A DNA stretch of 64,000 bases, from positions 384,001-448,000 of the forward strand of contig CAVSGI010000008.1 of the NCBI GenBank assembly GCA_963727445.1, given 5' to 3'. A model generated the notes under the pieces. The model was not told the origin of the DNA. It was given only the letters and a program-made list of their open reading frames with translations, and searched no databases. Source of the DNA: an uncultured delta proteobacterium (GTDB taxonomy: Bacteria > Myxococcota_A > Polyangia > Polyangiales > B10-G4). Shown here piece after piece: positions 1 to 11,101 of the stretch (its first letter is position 1; each line of letters begins with the position of its first letter). Position numbers and translations under genes: made by a program.

Positions 1-2176
1 GGAAAGATCCTGTTCGATCGTCGCGCGGAGCAGCTCCTCCAGCTGAAGCGGATTGCCGTCGGCGAGGCGGACGATGCGGTCGACCATCACGTCGTTCGCC
101 CGATCGCCGAGGACCCGCCGCGCGAAGGCTTCCGAGTCGCGCGGGGTGAGCCTGCGCAGACGAAGGATGGTGAGATCCCAATCGGTCGCTAGCAAGGGCA
201 GGAGCTCGCGCGCGCGGGGCCTGCCGAAGGCCATGATGAGCAGGGGCGCGTCGTCGCGCCGCACCACCCCTTCGAAGACGCGGAAGGTCGCGAGATCACC
301 GTTGTGGATGTCCTCGACGACAAGCACCAGCGGCGCCCGCTGGGTCACGGCGTCCACCAGCTCGGTGAACGCATGACGGATGCGGTGGTGCAGAACCTCG
401 GGGTTCTCGCGCGCCGCCACGAGCTCATGGTCCTCTTCGTTGGCGATGTCGATCGCTTCGGCCAGGTAGGGCTCCACCTCGTGGATCCGGTCGATGGGCA
501 GGAGCTCCACCAGCGAATCCCGGAGCGCCGAACGCTGAGACTCGACATCCTCGACCTCGGCGAGGAAGGCGCGCCCCAGCATCTGACGCAGCACGTGCAG
601 AGGAACGCCGCGGCGCATCTCGTCGCCCCTCGCAAACCAGATGATGGGCGGTGACTCGAGCTCGGCGAAGCGGCTGAGGAGCTCGTGGCGAACGCGCGAC
701 TTGCCGACACCCGGATCGCCGGTGACCGCGACGGTTCGCGGAAAGCGCTCGGTGAAGCACTCGTCGGCGAGATTCTATCAGTCGCTCCATGAAGCGCTCG
801 CGTCCGACGAAGGGCGACGACCGTCCGAGGGACACCGGCGTCGCGATGTCCATCTCGCCGAGAAGCACGTTGACGCCGTCGCGCTCCTCCACCTCGAAGC
901 GCGCGCGCAGGAGACGCGCGGTCGCCGCGTCCACGGCGATCCCGCTCCGGTCGAGCTGGGCGGCTGCCGCGGACAGCAGAGACACGGCCCGGTCGATCAC
1001 CTCGCCCACCGGGAGCCCCGCGCCCGCGCGCGTCCAACCGGTGGCGAGCGACATCGGCGTCTCGGGTGACGCCTGGCGCACGGCGAGCGCCACCGAAGCC
1101 GCGCGCTCCACGCGATCCATGGCCTCGCCACCGCCCTCGAGAACCAGGACGCTGGTTCCGTCGGCGAGGGACTCGAGGCGCACCTCACGGGTGCGCGCCA
1201 CCTCGCGAATGACGCGGAGCCGCTCTTCGCTCTCGCCCGAGAGCATGGTCTCCGCGCTGGCAGGGTCGGGGACGCCAGCGAGGATCACGCTGACCACGCG
1301 CCGCTCGCTCGGGGTGAAGGAGCGATGCATGATCGGCATGTCGCTCGTCGATCCCGTCTCCCGGCGGATCGCGTCGAGCTCCTCCAGCACCAGGCCGGCG
1401 TGGGCCGGGCGGTCTGCGGGGTGCTTGGAGAGCATGCGCAGCAGGAGGTCGTCGAGAGCCGAGGGGACGTCGGTGCGATACGCCGAAGCGCGTGGGGGGT
1501 CCGCCAGGAGCAGCTTGGCGAGGATCGCGACCAGGTGCTCGCCGGCAAACGCCTGCCGGCCGGTGATGCATTCGAACAGGACGCAGCCGAGGGCGAAGAC
1601 GTCGGAGGCCGGCCCGACGTCGCTGTCACCGCGCGCCTGCTCGGGGCTGGTGTAGCCCGGCGTGCCCACCAGGATGCCTGTCTTGGTGAGGGCGCGGGTG
1701 GACTCGAGAACCCGGGCGATGCCGAAGTCGAGGATGCGCGCTTCGTTCGAAACGCCGCCCACCAGGAAGATGTTCTCCGGCTTCAGATCGCGGTGGACGA
1801 TGCCGCGCTCGTGCGCGACCGCCAGGGCGGCGGCGAGCCGCGTCCCCAGGGACATCGACTCCTCGTAACCGAGCGCGCCGCGCTCGAGGCGCGCTGCGAG
1901 GTCTTCTCCCTCGAGCCAATCCATCGCGAGGTAGAGCTCGCCCTCTGCCGTGATCCCGTGATCGACGTGACGGACGATGTGTGGATGGTCGAGCGTGGAC
2001 AGCACCTGCGCCTCGCGCACGAAGCGTTCGCTCGCGAGCCCGCGCGTATGCAGGACCTTGACGGCGACGTCGACGTTCCGGTGCAGATCGCGCGCCCGCC
2101 AAACCTCTCCCATGCCGCCCTTCCCGGCGACGGCGATGAGCTCGAAGCGGTCCGCGATCCGTGTTCCGGGCTCCAT
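1..2176 (-). CDS. Ser/Thr protein kinase with degenerate cyclase-like domain and AAA/P-loop ATPase domain (3' end runs off the window; one frameshift at about 775)
   Basis: Hanks motifs GKGGMGEVW, VAVK, HRDLKPEN, DFG, GTPGYTSPEQ. After FVGRER a +1 shift gives VAVTGDPGVGKS (Walker A) and LVLVVEDIH (Walker B), open to the window edge. Confidence 0.88.
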
Positions 2177-2250
2177 GGGGTCGCACAGTATCCAACAAGG
2201 CTGGGCGCTTGTCAGTTCGGGTCTCGGACCGTGCGGGGTACATTGTCCAC

Positions 2251-2673
2251 ATGGACGACGACGCCGAAGCGGTACGCCTGGCCAACGAGGCCTTCTATCG
2301 GGCCTTTCGCGGGCGCAGCTTCGCGGCGATGGAAGCGATCTGGGCGAAGAACGCACCGGTTGCGTGCATGCATCCGGGGATGGACGTGATCCGCGGGCGC
2401 GTCGAGGTCCTCAAGAGCTGGCGCGGCATCCTCTCCCACGAGGGCTCGCCCCAGCTGGTCTGCGACCGCGTCGAGGTGCATCTCGTGGGAGACGTCGCCT
2501 ACGTCACGTGCCTCGAAGGAACGGCGGGCGACCCCCCCGCGCTCATCGCGACCAACATCTACGTCCGCGAGGACCGTACCTGGCGCATGCTTCTGCACCA
2601 GGCGGGGCCCCTGAGCCGCAAGGGCCGCATGGAGCCCCTGCCCAGCCCGCCCGATCCGAAGACCTGGAACTGA
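2251..2673 (+). CDS. NTF2/SnoaL-like domain protein
   Basis: ANEAFYRAF...MEAIW...CMHPG...IRGRVEVLKSW...ATNIY...WRMLLHQ pattern. Confidence 0.85.
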   Translation: MDDDAEAVRLANEAFYRAFRGRSFAAMEAIWAKNAPVACMHPGMDVIRGRVEVLKSWRGILSHEGSPQLVCDRVEVHLVGDVAYVTCLEGTAGDPPALIATNIYVREDRTWRMLLHQAGPLSRKGRMEPLPSPPDPKTWN

Positions 2674-2674
2674 C

Positions 2675-3467
2675 TCACTTGCACTCGATACGGAGCGCGA
2701 AGCGGCGCAGGCGCCCCGAGTCGTCGTCGAGCTCGTCGCTGATGCGCAGCCGCCACTCACCCCGCGCTTGACGTCCCTCGAGGGAGCGCACGGTGTAGGT
2801 GCGGAAGGGATTGCGCTGCTGCTGATTCTGCAGGGTGACGCCGCCCCCCTCCGGCGGGTTGAGGCGCACGATGAGGTCTCGGTTGTAGCTGTGGTTGCCG
2901 CCGACGGTGACCCGAATCGAATTGATGACGCAGTCCTCCTCCACCGTCGCGGTCGCGCCGACGGAGGAGTGGTCGCGGATGGCCCCACCGCCGTGGCCCG
3001 TGATCTCGAGCACCCGACCGCCGCCCTCGGCGCCGCCTTCGGTGCCGCCTTCGGTGCCGCCTCCCTGGCCGACCGGCGCCAGTGCTGCCGTGATGTTGAT
3101 GACGCCGTTGACCGGCGCGGCCTGGATGGTCGTCGACTGAAAGCCGTCCTTGGTGAAGACGAAGTCGAAGGTCTGCGGCGGCTGCCCCGGCTGAGGCGCG
3201 GGGACCGGCACCTGCGTGGACAGGGGCGTCTGCCCGAGGGGACGCCCGCCACCCGTGACGCTCGCGCCGGGCGGATTGCTGTTCGCCGAGACGGTCACCA
3301 TCACCAGCCCCGGGGGCGCCGTCGGCGCCACCGGCACCGGGGCCACCGTCGTCCCGCCGACGGGAGGCGGCGGCGGTCGGATCGTCACCCTGACCGAGAA
3401 GATCGACGAGACCGCAACCCGTGAGGACCAGAGCGCAGGCGGCCGCGAAGAGGAGCAAACGAGCCAT
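2675..3467 (-). CDS. Lipoprotein with PEGA-like domain and C-terminal proprotein-convertase P-domain-like module (frameshift at about 3376)
   Basis: Signal peptide and lipobox MARLLLFAAACALVLTGC in one frame joins a Pro-rich linker, SNPPGASV..LGQTP (PEGA-like) and HSYNRDLIVRL..P.G...GEWRLRISD..DDSGRL (P-domain-like). Confidence 0.7.
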
Positions 3468-3548
3468 GAGCCACGGTCTGTTTACCACAAGGCGCTCACC
3501 GATGGCCCCGAACTTGCGTGAGAGGATCGCTCCACGCAGGCTTGGAAC

Positions 3549-4709
3549 ATGCGGCTCCTGTTGATCCTGGCGCTCACCGCCTGCGGCGCGACCGAGGGCC
3601 CGCAGCGCCCGGGGCCGGGGGAAGAGGAGGCGACCACCGCTCCGCGGATGGAGACGGAGACGGAGGCGGAGACCGAGACGGCCTCGGAGACGGAGACGGC
3701 CCCGGAGACCGAGACGGCCCCGGAGACCGAGACGGCCCCGGAGGCGGAGACGGCCGCGGAGACCGAGACCGCAACCGACCCCCTCGCCCCCGACGAGATC
3801 TCCGTCGCCGAGCTCCTCGCCCTCACCGGCTCGGCCTCTACCTCGACAGGCAACCCCAACGACGGCGGTCTGACGGGTGGCGTGCCGCTGCCGGCCACGG
3901 GCCCCGGCCTCCGCTCGAATCCGGTCCGGCCCAACCGCGGCGGTTACTACGGCACGGTCGAGATGGTGCAAGCCCTGGTGCGGGCGGCCGCCGTGGTGAA
4001 CGAAGAGATGCCAGGCAGCGAGCTCACCATCAACGATCTGTCCCTCCGAGAGGGCGGTCCCATCCCCCATCACGGCTCACATCAGGCCGGGCGCGACGTC
4101 GACGTCCTCTTCTACTACCTCGACGAAGAAGGCCAGCCGATGCGCGCCAAGGGCGTCCCGGTCGACCCCGAGGGGCGCGGCTTCGACTTCGGCGACCTCG
4201 CCGATCCGAGCGACGACGTGCCGATGCAGATCGACGTTCCGCGTACCTGGCGCTTCGTCCAAGCGTTGATCGAAGAGGAGCACACCGAGGTCCAACGCAT
4301 CTTCGTGGTGGAGCACGTGCGCGAGATGCTCCTCGCACACGCACGACGGGCGCACGCCCCCGGCCGGGCCATCCAGCGCTTCGACCAGATGAGCTGCCAG
4401 CCCTCCTATCCCCACGACGACCACCTGCACGTCCGCTTCTTCTGCACCGCGGAGGACATTCGCGAGGGGGGTTGCGAGGACACCTATCCGATGTACGGCT
4501 GGCATCGGCGTGCGATCCGGGCCGAGGGCGAGACGCCGGTCATCGGGCGCGGTCGACGGCGGCGCCGCGCGGCGACGATGGCGCGGACCGTCTCGCGGGA
4601 AGAGGCGCGCGAAGCCGCCGGCCCGATGGACGCGGCGGTGACCGCGTGGCTCGACCGGCGCGAAGCGTGGGCGGACAAGCCCAGCCCCGGCCGGCCGTGG
4701 TGTCCTTGA
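3549..4709 (+). CDS. mepA: Penicillin-insensitive murein endopeptidase (M74 family) lipoprotein
   Basis: Lipobox LTAC; YYGT..MV, INDLSLREGG, HGSHQAGRDVD, HDDHLHVR motifs. Confidence 0.85.
   Translation: MRLLLILALTACGATEGPQRPGPGEEEATTAPRMETETEAETETASETETAPETETAPETETAPEAETAAETETATDPLAPDEISVAELLALTGSASTSTGNPNDGGLTGGVPLPATGPGLRSNPVRPNRGGYYGTVEMVQALVRAAAVVNEEMPGSELTINDLSLREGGPIPHHGSHQAGRDVDVLFYYLDEEGQPMRAKGVPVDPEGRGFDFGDLADPSDDVPMQIDVPRTWRFVQALIEEEHTEVQRIFVVEHVREMLLAHARRAHAPGRAIQRFDQMSCQPSYPHDDHLHVRFFCTAEDIREGGCEDTYPMYGWHRRAIRAEGETPVIGRGRRRRRAATMARTVSREEAREAAGPMDAAVTAWLDRREAWADKPSPGRPWCP
3649..3770 (+). repeat. Imperfect 18-bp coding tandem repeat (ETETAP linker)
   Basis: Units like gagaccgagacggccccg in the N-terminal linker of mepA. 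Confidence 0.85.
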
Positions 4710-4718
4710 GCGCCGGCT

Positions 4719-5564
4719 CTACGCGTTCGGGCCGAACGAGACGATGATGTAGCCGCCGGACTTGTCGTCCTTCTGGATCTCGAGCAGGCCCCGCGAGCGC
4801 GCGTCCTCGAGAAGCTCGTTGAAGCTGCGGTAGCCGTGGTAGCTCTCGCTGAAGTTGGGGCGCTTGCGCTTGAGGGTCTGCTTGACCATCGAGCCCCACA
4901 GGTTGTCGTCGCGGTCGCGGAAGAGCGAGTCGACCGTGTCCAGCACCATCTCGAGGGCGCGCTCCTTCTGCTCGTCCGTCGTTCCGTCGGCCTTGCCGTT
5001 CGGCTCGGCTTCGACCTTCTTCGGCTGCTTGTCGCTGCTCTGCTTGTCGCCGCTCTTCTTGCCCTTGCGCCGCGCCTGTCGCTTCTGGCCGGGCCGATTG
5101 CGAACGAGGTCGTCGTAGTAGATGAACTCGTCGCAGTTGTCGATCGACAGATCGGAGCTCGAGTTCTTCACGCCGAGCCCGATGACCTTCTTGTTGTTCT
5201 CGCGGAGCTTGCTCACCAGGGGCGAGAAGTCGCTGTCGCCCGAGATGATGCAGAAGACGTCGACGTGGCCCTTCGTGTAACAGAGGTCGAGGGCGTCCAC
5301 GACCATGCGGATGTCCGCCGAGTTCTTCCCGCTGTAGGACACGTGCGGGATCTCGATGAGCTCGAAGGCCGCCTCGTGAAGCGAGCGCCGGTCGGACTTG
5401 TATCGTTCCCAGTCGGCGTAGGCCTTCTTGACGACGATCTTCCCTTTGTCGAGCAGCCGCTCGAGAACCAGGCTGATGTCGAAGCGGTCGTACTTGGCGT
5501 CGCGCACACCGATGGCGACGTTCTCGTAGTCTGCGAAGATCGCGATATTGGGAGCAAAGTCCAT
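4719..5564 (-). CDS. NYN (LabA/DUF88 PIN-like) domain protein with C-terminal OST-HTH/LOTUS domain
   Basis: IFADYEN, GKNSADIRMVVDA, ISGDSDF; C-terminal P.FSESYHGYRSFNELL. Confidence 0.92.
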   Translation of the reverse strand: MDFAPNIAIFADYENVAIGVRDAKYDRFDISLVLERLLDKGKIVVKKAYADWERYKSDRRSLHEAAFELIEIPHVSYSGKNSADIRMVVDALDLCYTKGHVDVFCIISGDSDFSPLVSKLRENNKKVIGLGVKNSSSDLSIDNCDEFIYYDDLVRNRPGQKRQARRKGKKSGDKQSSDKQPKKVEAEPNGKADGTTDEQKERALEMVLDTVDSLFRDRDDNLWGSMVKQTLKRKRPNFSESYHGYRSFNELLEDARSRGLLEIQKDDKSGGYIIVSFGPNA

Positions 5565-5612
5565 CGCGTTGGCTGTTAACACGGCCTCTGGGCAGGGGCC
5601 ACCCTCGAAGCG

Positions 5613-6689
<1,077 letters not shown>

Positions 6690-6720
6690 CGACCGCACCC
6701 TACCCGGCTATAGTCCACCG

Positions 6721-7719
6721 GTGAAGCGCCGCATCTGGTCCGAGCTCCTGTCGCCCGAGGAGGCGACGGCTCCCCGCGTCCTGTCGCTCCTGGCAGAGGC
6801 GGACATCCAGCTCCTGATGGCAATCTTTCCCCATACCCGGGACCGGGCGCGCCACGTGTTGCAGGCCTGCCGGGAGGCCGGGGTCTCGGTCGGGCTCTGG
6901 CCCATGCTCTCGGACGAGGCGGGGCGGTGGGCCTCGGTGGACAACGGCGAGCAGTACGCGGCCTTCGTGCGCCAGCTCCTGAGCGCGCTCGGCGACCAGA
7001 TGCCGGACACCTTCGCCATCAATCTCGAGCCGCCCATCGCCGAGGTCCGGCAGATCCTCGACCGAAACCCGCGCGCCCTGCTCCGACGCGCCATCGGACG
7101 CGAACCGCGCCCCGAAGGCGCCCGCGCGCTCGTCGAGATCGTCGACGAGGTCAACGCGCGCGGGGTGGAGACGCTGGCAGCGCTGGTGCCGCCCCTCGGC
7201 ACCGGCTGGGCGCTGGGCCGCGGCTTCGAAAACGCGATCGGCGCGCCGCTGTCCGCGCTGCGTCTCTCGCGCGCAGGACCGATGCTCTACACCACGCTGC
7301 TGACCGGCTACGGACGCGGCGTCGTTCGCCGCCGCGACGCGACCAGCCTGCTCGCCATGCTCGCCGAGGCCACGCAGAGGCAGATGGGCGCGCGCGCGAC
7401 CCTCTCCCTCGGCACCGTGGGCACGGGCGCCCTCGGCGACGAGCGCATCTACGACGGTCCGCAGGACCTCGCCCTCGACGTCGCGGTCGCGCGCGCGGCG
7501 GGCGTCGACAATCTGGCGCTCTTCGATCTCGGCGGTGTCCTCGGCCGACCGCCCACCGCCGCCTGGCTCCGCGCCTTCGTCGACACGCCGCCCGCAAAGG
7601 AACCGGTTCGCCTGTCCAAACGCGCGCGCGTTCTTCGCGGAGCGGCGTTGACCCTGGGCGTGGCGCTCAGCGGCCTCGCCGCGACTGCACAATCTGGTAG
7701 ACGCCCAGACCGGCGATGA
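6721..7719 (+). CDS. Hypothetical protein
   Basis: Long ORF with protein-like composition; TATAGT box 6 nt before the GTG; divergent from the glycosyltransferase. Confidence 0.7.
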   Translation: MKRRIWSELLSPEEATAPRVLSLLAEADIQLLMAIFPHTRDRARHVLQACREAGVSVGLWPMLSDEAGRWASVDNGEQYAAFVRQLLSALGDQMPDTFAINLEPPIAEVRQILDRNPRALLRRAIGREPRPEGARALVEIVDEVNARGVETLAALVPPLGTGWALGRGFENAIGAPLSALRLSRAGPMLYTTLLTGYGRGVVRRRDATSLLAMLAEATQRQMGARATLSLGTVGTGALGDERIYDGPQDLALDVAVARAAGVDNLALFDLGGVLGRPPTAAWLRAFVDTPPAKEPVRLSKRARVLRGAALTLGVALSGLAATAQSGRRPDRR

Positions 7720-7837
7720 CCGCGCCGAGGCCCGCCAGGGCTTCCCAGCTGTTGGTACCGAGCAGCGTGAAGTTCTTGCTGAGCCCAGCGCCGACCATCG
7801 CGAGGCCCATCACCACGTTGAAGATGCCGACGCCCAT
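7667..7837 (-). CDS. Small two-TM membrane protein
   Basis: MGVGIFNVVMGLAMVGAGLSKNFTLLGTNSWEALAGLGAVIAGLGVYQIVQSRRGR; TATCCT box 8 nt upstream. Confidence 0.65.
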   Translation of the reverse strand: MGVGIFNVVMGLAMVGAGLSKNFTLLGTNSWEALAGLGAVIAGLGVYQIVQSRRGR

Positions 7838-7903
7838 CGATGCGGAGGATACACGATCGGCGTCCCTTGCATGGCAGCGGTGGCGAGGAGACCATGCGTG
7901 GGG

Positions 7904-9286
7904 ATGAGTGGAGAAACCACCCTTCTTTCGAGCCTGACCAGCGCCTTTCGAGGAGAGCCGCGGCCGATCGAGCGACTCCTCAGACCCTTCGAAGCCTTCG
8001 CCCGGCATCGGCTGGCGGGCGCCGGCCTCCTGATGCTCGCGACCCTCGTCGCCATCATCTGGGCGAACTCACCCTGGAGCGAGCTCTACCACCACCTGCT
8101 CGAGATCGAAGTCGGCTTCGACGCACAGGACGCGCGGATCTCGAAGTCGATCCACCACTGGATCAACGACGGCCTCATGAGCGTCTTCTTCTTTCTGGTG
8201 GGTCTCGAGATCAAGCGCGAGCTCATGGTGGGCGAGCTCTCGACGATACGAAAAGCGACGCTCCCGGCCATCGCCGCCGTGGGCGGGATGATCGTGCCAG
8301 CGATCGTCTACCACCTGCTCAACGGCGGAACGCCGTCCGCCAAGGGCTGGGGGATCCCCATGGCGACCGACATCGCCTTCGCCCTCGGGGTGCTCGCCCT
8401 CCTCGGTGACCGGATCCCACTCGGCTTGAAGGTGTTTCTGACGGCCCTCGCCATCGTCGACGACATCGGAGCCGTGGTGGTGATCGCCATCTTCTACACG
8501 TCGGACCTGTCGCTCCTGGCGCTCGGCGCCGGCCTCGTCTGCCTCGGCGCATCCATCGCGCTCAACCTCCTGGGGACGCGCAACCCGGCGAGTTATCTGA
8601 TCGTGGGCATCGCCACCTGGTTCTGTTTCCTCGAATCCGGCGTGCACGCGACCATCGCGGCGATCCTGATGGCATTCACCATCCCGGCGCGAACCGCCAT
8701 CGACGGCGGCGACTTCATGGCGCGCATGCGCATCCTCGTCGACAAGCTGGAAGAGCACGGGCTGCCCGAGGATCGTTCGATGAACGACAACACGCAGCAG
8801 ACGCTCTTCGAGAAGATGAACGAGACCATCGATCACGCGAGCGCGCCGCTGCAACGCATCGAGCACGGCCTGGCGGGGCCGTCGACCTTCTTCGTGCTCC
8901 CGATCTTCGCGCTCGCCAACGCCGGCGTGACGCTCCACGGCGGTCTCCTCAGCGAGCTCGCGAACACCATTCCCCTCGGCATCATCCTCGGCTTGCTCGT
9001 GGGCAAGACCGTCGGCATCAGCCTCAGCTCCTGGTTGGCGGTGAAGGTGGGCATCGCCAATCTCCCCGAGCACGTGACCTGGCCTCAGGTGGTGGGCGTC
9101 GCCATGCTCGGCGGCATCGGCTTCACCATGGCTCTCTTCGTGGCGGCCCTCGCCTTCAGCGATCCGGCCCGCATCGAGGCGGCGAAGGTGGGCATATTGG
9201 TGGGCTCCATCACCTCTGGGACGCTGGGCTTCCTGCTGGTGCGCGCGACGTGCAACAAACCCGCGCCCGCGCCGCCTCTTGTGTGA
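7904..9286 (+). CDS. nhaA: Na+/H+ antiporter NhaA
   Basis: HWINDGLM..FF..VGLEIKRE, GWGIPMATDIAFALG, LAIVDDIGA, GIGFTMALF. Confidence 0.97.
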   Translation: MSGETTLLSSLTSAFRGEPRPIERLLRPFEAFARHRLAGAGLLMLATLVAIIWANSPWSELYHHLLEIEVGFDAQDARISKSIHHWINDGLMSVFFFLVGLEIKRELMVGELSTIRKATLPAIAAVGGMIVPAIVYHLLNGGTPSAKGWGIPMATDIAFALGVLALLGDRIPLGLKVFLTALAIVDDIGAVVVIAIFYTSDLSLLALGAGLVCLGASIALNLLGTRNPASYLIVGIATWFCFLESGVHATIAAILMAFTIPARTAIDGGDFMARMRILVDKLEEHGLPEDRSMNDNTQQTLFEKMNETIDHASAPLQRIEHGLAGPSTFFVLPIFALANAGVTLHGGLLSELANTIPLGIILGLLVGKTVGISLSSWLAVKVGIANLPEHVTWPQVVGVAMLGGIGFTMALFVAALAFSDPARIEAAKVGILVGSITSGTLGFLLVRATCNKPAPAPPLV

Positions 9287-9338
9287 AGCCCGGCCCTTTT
9301 GTTCCCTCGCGGCGCGCCGCTCGGCTAACCTGGACGCA

Positions 9339-9620
9339 ATGATGGGGATGAGTGAGCTCCTGATCCTGCTCTTCGGAGCAGCCGTTTGCGCGGGCATCCC
9401 CCTCGTCGGCGCCATCGACGCGGCGCGCATGAAGGACCAGTCCTTTGTGCTGGCGGACCAGAACAAGCGGACCTGGGTGATCATCATGATCGCCTGCGCG
9501 GTCTTCTGGGGCATCGGGCTGATCGGGGCGGCCGTCTATTTCATCTCGGTGCGTCCCAAGGTCGCCGCCTTCGAGCGCGATCCCAACCGCCCGACGCTCG
9601 ATCCGAACCGCCCCGGCTGA
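9339..9620 (+). CDS. Small membrane protein, DUF2516-like
   Basis: AIDAAR....F..ADQNKRTW plus TM helices and AAVYFISVRPKV. Confidence 0.65.
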   Translation: MMGMSELLILLFGAAVCAGIPLVGAIDAARMKDQSFVLADQNKRTWVIIMIACAVFWGIGLIGAAVYFISVRPKVAAFERDPNRPTLDPNRPG

Positions 9621-9643
9621 GACCCGCGCTATCCTCGGGGGCG

Positions 9644-10093
9644 ATGGACACGCCGCCCCAAGGCTCGAGCTTCGGCGATCCCCCGGGGGCGCCGCCCTCG
9701 CGGCCGACCGAGCCCCACTTCGGGGCGCCTCAGCAGCCGAGCGGACCCGGCCCCTACCGGCAGAGCCCCGGCCTCGAGCCCAATCGCGGCGCGCTGGTGC
9801 TGACCCTCGGCATCCTCGGCATCGTCGCCTCTCTGGTCGGTGGGCTCTGCTGCCTTCCCAGCGGGATACTGGCCCTCGGCTTCGCCGTCCCCGCGATCCT
9901 CATGGCGAGAGCCGACATGAAGAAGTACGCAGCCGGCACGATGGATCCGACGGGCTACTCCGCGACCCAAGCCGGGTTCATCTGCGGCATCATCGGTGTG
10001 GTGGTCGCGGCGCTCGAGGCGCTCGGCATCATCCTGCTCCTGATCTTCTATGGCAGCATCTTCAGCTTCGCCATCCTCGACGCCGCGATGTGA
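9644..10093 (+). CDS. DUF4190-like membrane protein
   Basis: Pro-rich N-terminus; LVLTLGILG...GGLCC...AQAGFICGIIG-like segment. Confidence 0.75.
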   Translation: MDTPPQGSSFGDPPGAPPSRPTEPHFGAPQQPSGPGPYRQSPGLEPNRGALVLTLGILGIVASLVGGLCCLPSGILALGFAVPAILMARADMKKYAAGTMDPTGYSATQAGFICGIIGVVVAALEALGIILLLIFYGSIFSFAILDAAM

Positions 10094-10134
10094 GTGATCG
10101 GGATCTGGCCTGATCGTCGCTCATGCAGGACCGC

Positions 10135-10230
10135 ATGAAAGGCCTGCCGACCCTCGCCCTGCTGCTCACGCTCTCCTGAGGCGGCGGCGCCGACGCTGAC
10201 GCGGGCGTCGAAGACGTCCCACGTCGGTCG
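10135..10230 (+). pseudogene. Lipoprotein N-terminal remnant with TGA at the lipobox Cys position (3' limit approximate)
   Basis: AGGA upstream, then MKGLPTLALLLTLS-TGA(10177-10179)-GGGADADAG. Confidence 0.4.
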
Positions 10231-10297
10231 GCCCTGCGTCTCCAGATCGCAGTTGCGTCGTGTCTGGGGGACCCGCGCAGCCGGCCGCCGCAGCGAG

Positions 10298-10813
10298 TCA
10301 GTGATCCCCGCGGCTTGCGACCTGCGTCGTCGGCGCTGCGTCGGTCTGAGGATAGTCGATGGTCGGCCGCGCGCGTTCGGCGTCGATGCGCCCCATGATG
10401 CTGAACGCCAGCGCCCGAATCGGCGCCATGCGCTCCTCATGAAGGCGATTCTGATTCGCGAGCCACTGCGGATGCTCGCCGGCAAATCGGTTCAGTCCCT
10501 CGAGGGTGAGTCCCTGCCGAGCGAGACAGCGCGCGATCAACGCGCGCAGATCCGGCTCGATATGCGCGACCGCCGCGCCGTACGCCTCGCTGTAGGACGG
10601 ATACCAACGGCTCGCAGCGGTGGCGACCGCCCGCCCGTGCTCTTCGGTCGCCTGTTCGAGCGCCGCGGCGTATCGCTCACCCCGCGTCGCGCCCAGTCGG
10701 ATGACGTCATCCGGCCTCGCCTGACGACTGACGCACCCACTCACCGCGCACACGATCGCCAACGCCACCCCGAAAATCCAGACTGCCTTTTCGTTCCTTC
10801 TCACATGTTCCAT
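10298..10813 (-). CDS. Hypothetical lipoprotein
   Basis: Signal peptide and lipobox AVSGC; purine-rich RBS; sigma54 motif upstream. Confidence 0.65.
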   Translation of the reverse strand: MEHVRRNEKAVWIFGVALAIVCAVSGCVSRQARPDDVIRLGATRGERYAAALEQATEEHGRAVATAASRWYPSYSEAYGAAVAHIEPDLRALIARCLARQGLTLEGLNRFAGEHPQWLANQNRLHEERMAPIRALAFSIMGRIDAERARPTIDYPQTDAAPTTQVASRGDH

Positions 10814-10854
10814 CGTCTCTCTCCCTGCGTTGATCGAGCTCGGCAGACACGAAG

Positions 10855-10870
10855 AGCACCGCTCATGCCA
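10855..10870 (-). promoter_or_regulatory. Putative sigma54 -24/-12 promoter
   Basis: TGGCATGAGCGGTGCT (GG-N10-GC) about 42 bp upstream of the 10813 start. Confidence 0.55.
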
Positions 10871-10921
10871 GGCGAATTGACCGAGGCAGAGCGCGTGAGA
10901 AGTACGAAACAGGCAGGTCTC

Positions 10922-10937
10922 TGCACGTGCACGTGCA
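10922..10937. promoter_or_regulatory. Perfect palindrome TGCAC-N6-GTGCA, candidate enhancer (UAS)
   Basis: TGCACGTGCACGTGCA about 80-90 bp upstream of the predicted sigma54 start site. Confidence 0.4.
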
Positions 10938-11101
10938 ACCGGATGCGCACGAGGGAGGAGCGCCCCGACGCCCCCTCGTGCACCACCGACGCGGGAGACG
11001 GCGGCGGCGACGGGCGATGCGGGCGATACGGCGACGGATGCGGACGACGACTGGGGCGGGTGAGTCCCGCGCCTAGACCTCAGCAGCGCCGTCCCACGTG
11101 C

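Noticed and set aside
4719..5564. NYN/PIN protein as a toxin or defence system
   Set aside because: This is a widespread LabA-like NYN-LOTUS architecture with no antitoxin or defence partner adjacent.
10177..10179. In-frame TGA as selenocysteine
   Set aside because: There is no redox-motif context, no convincing downstream domain, and no SECIS I could identify.
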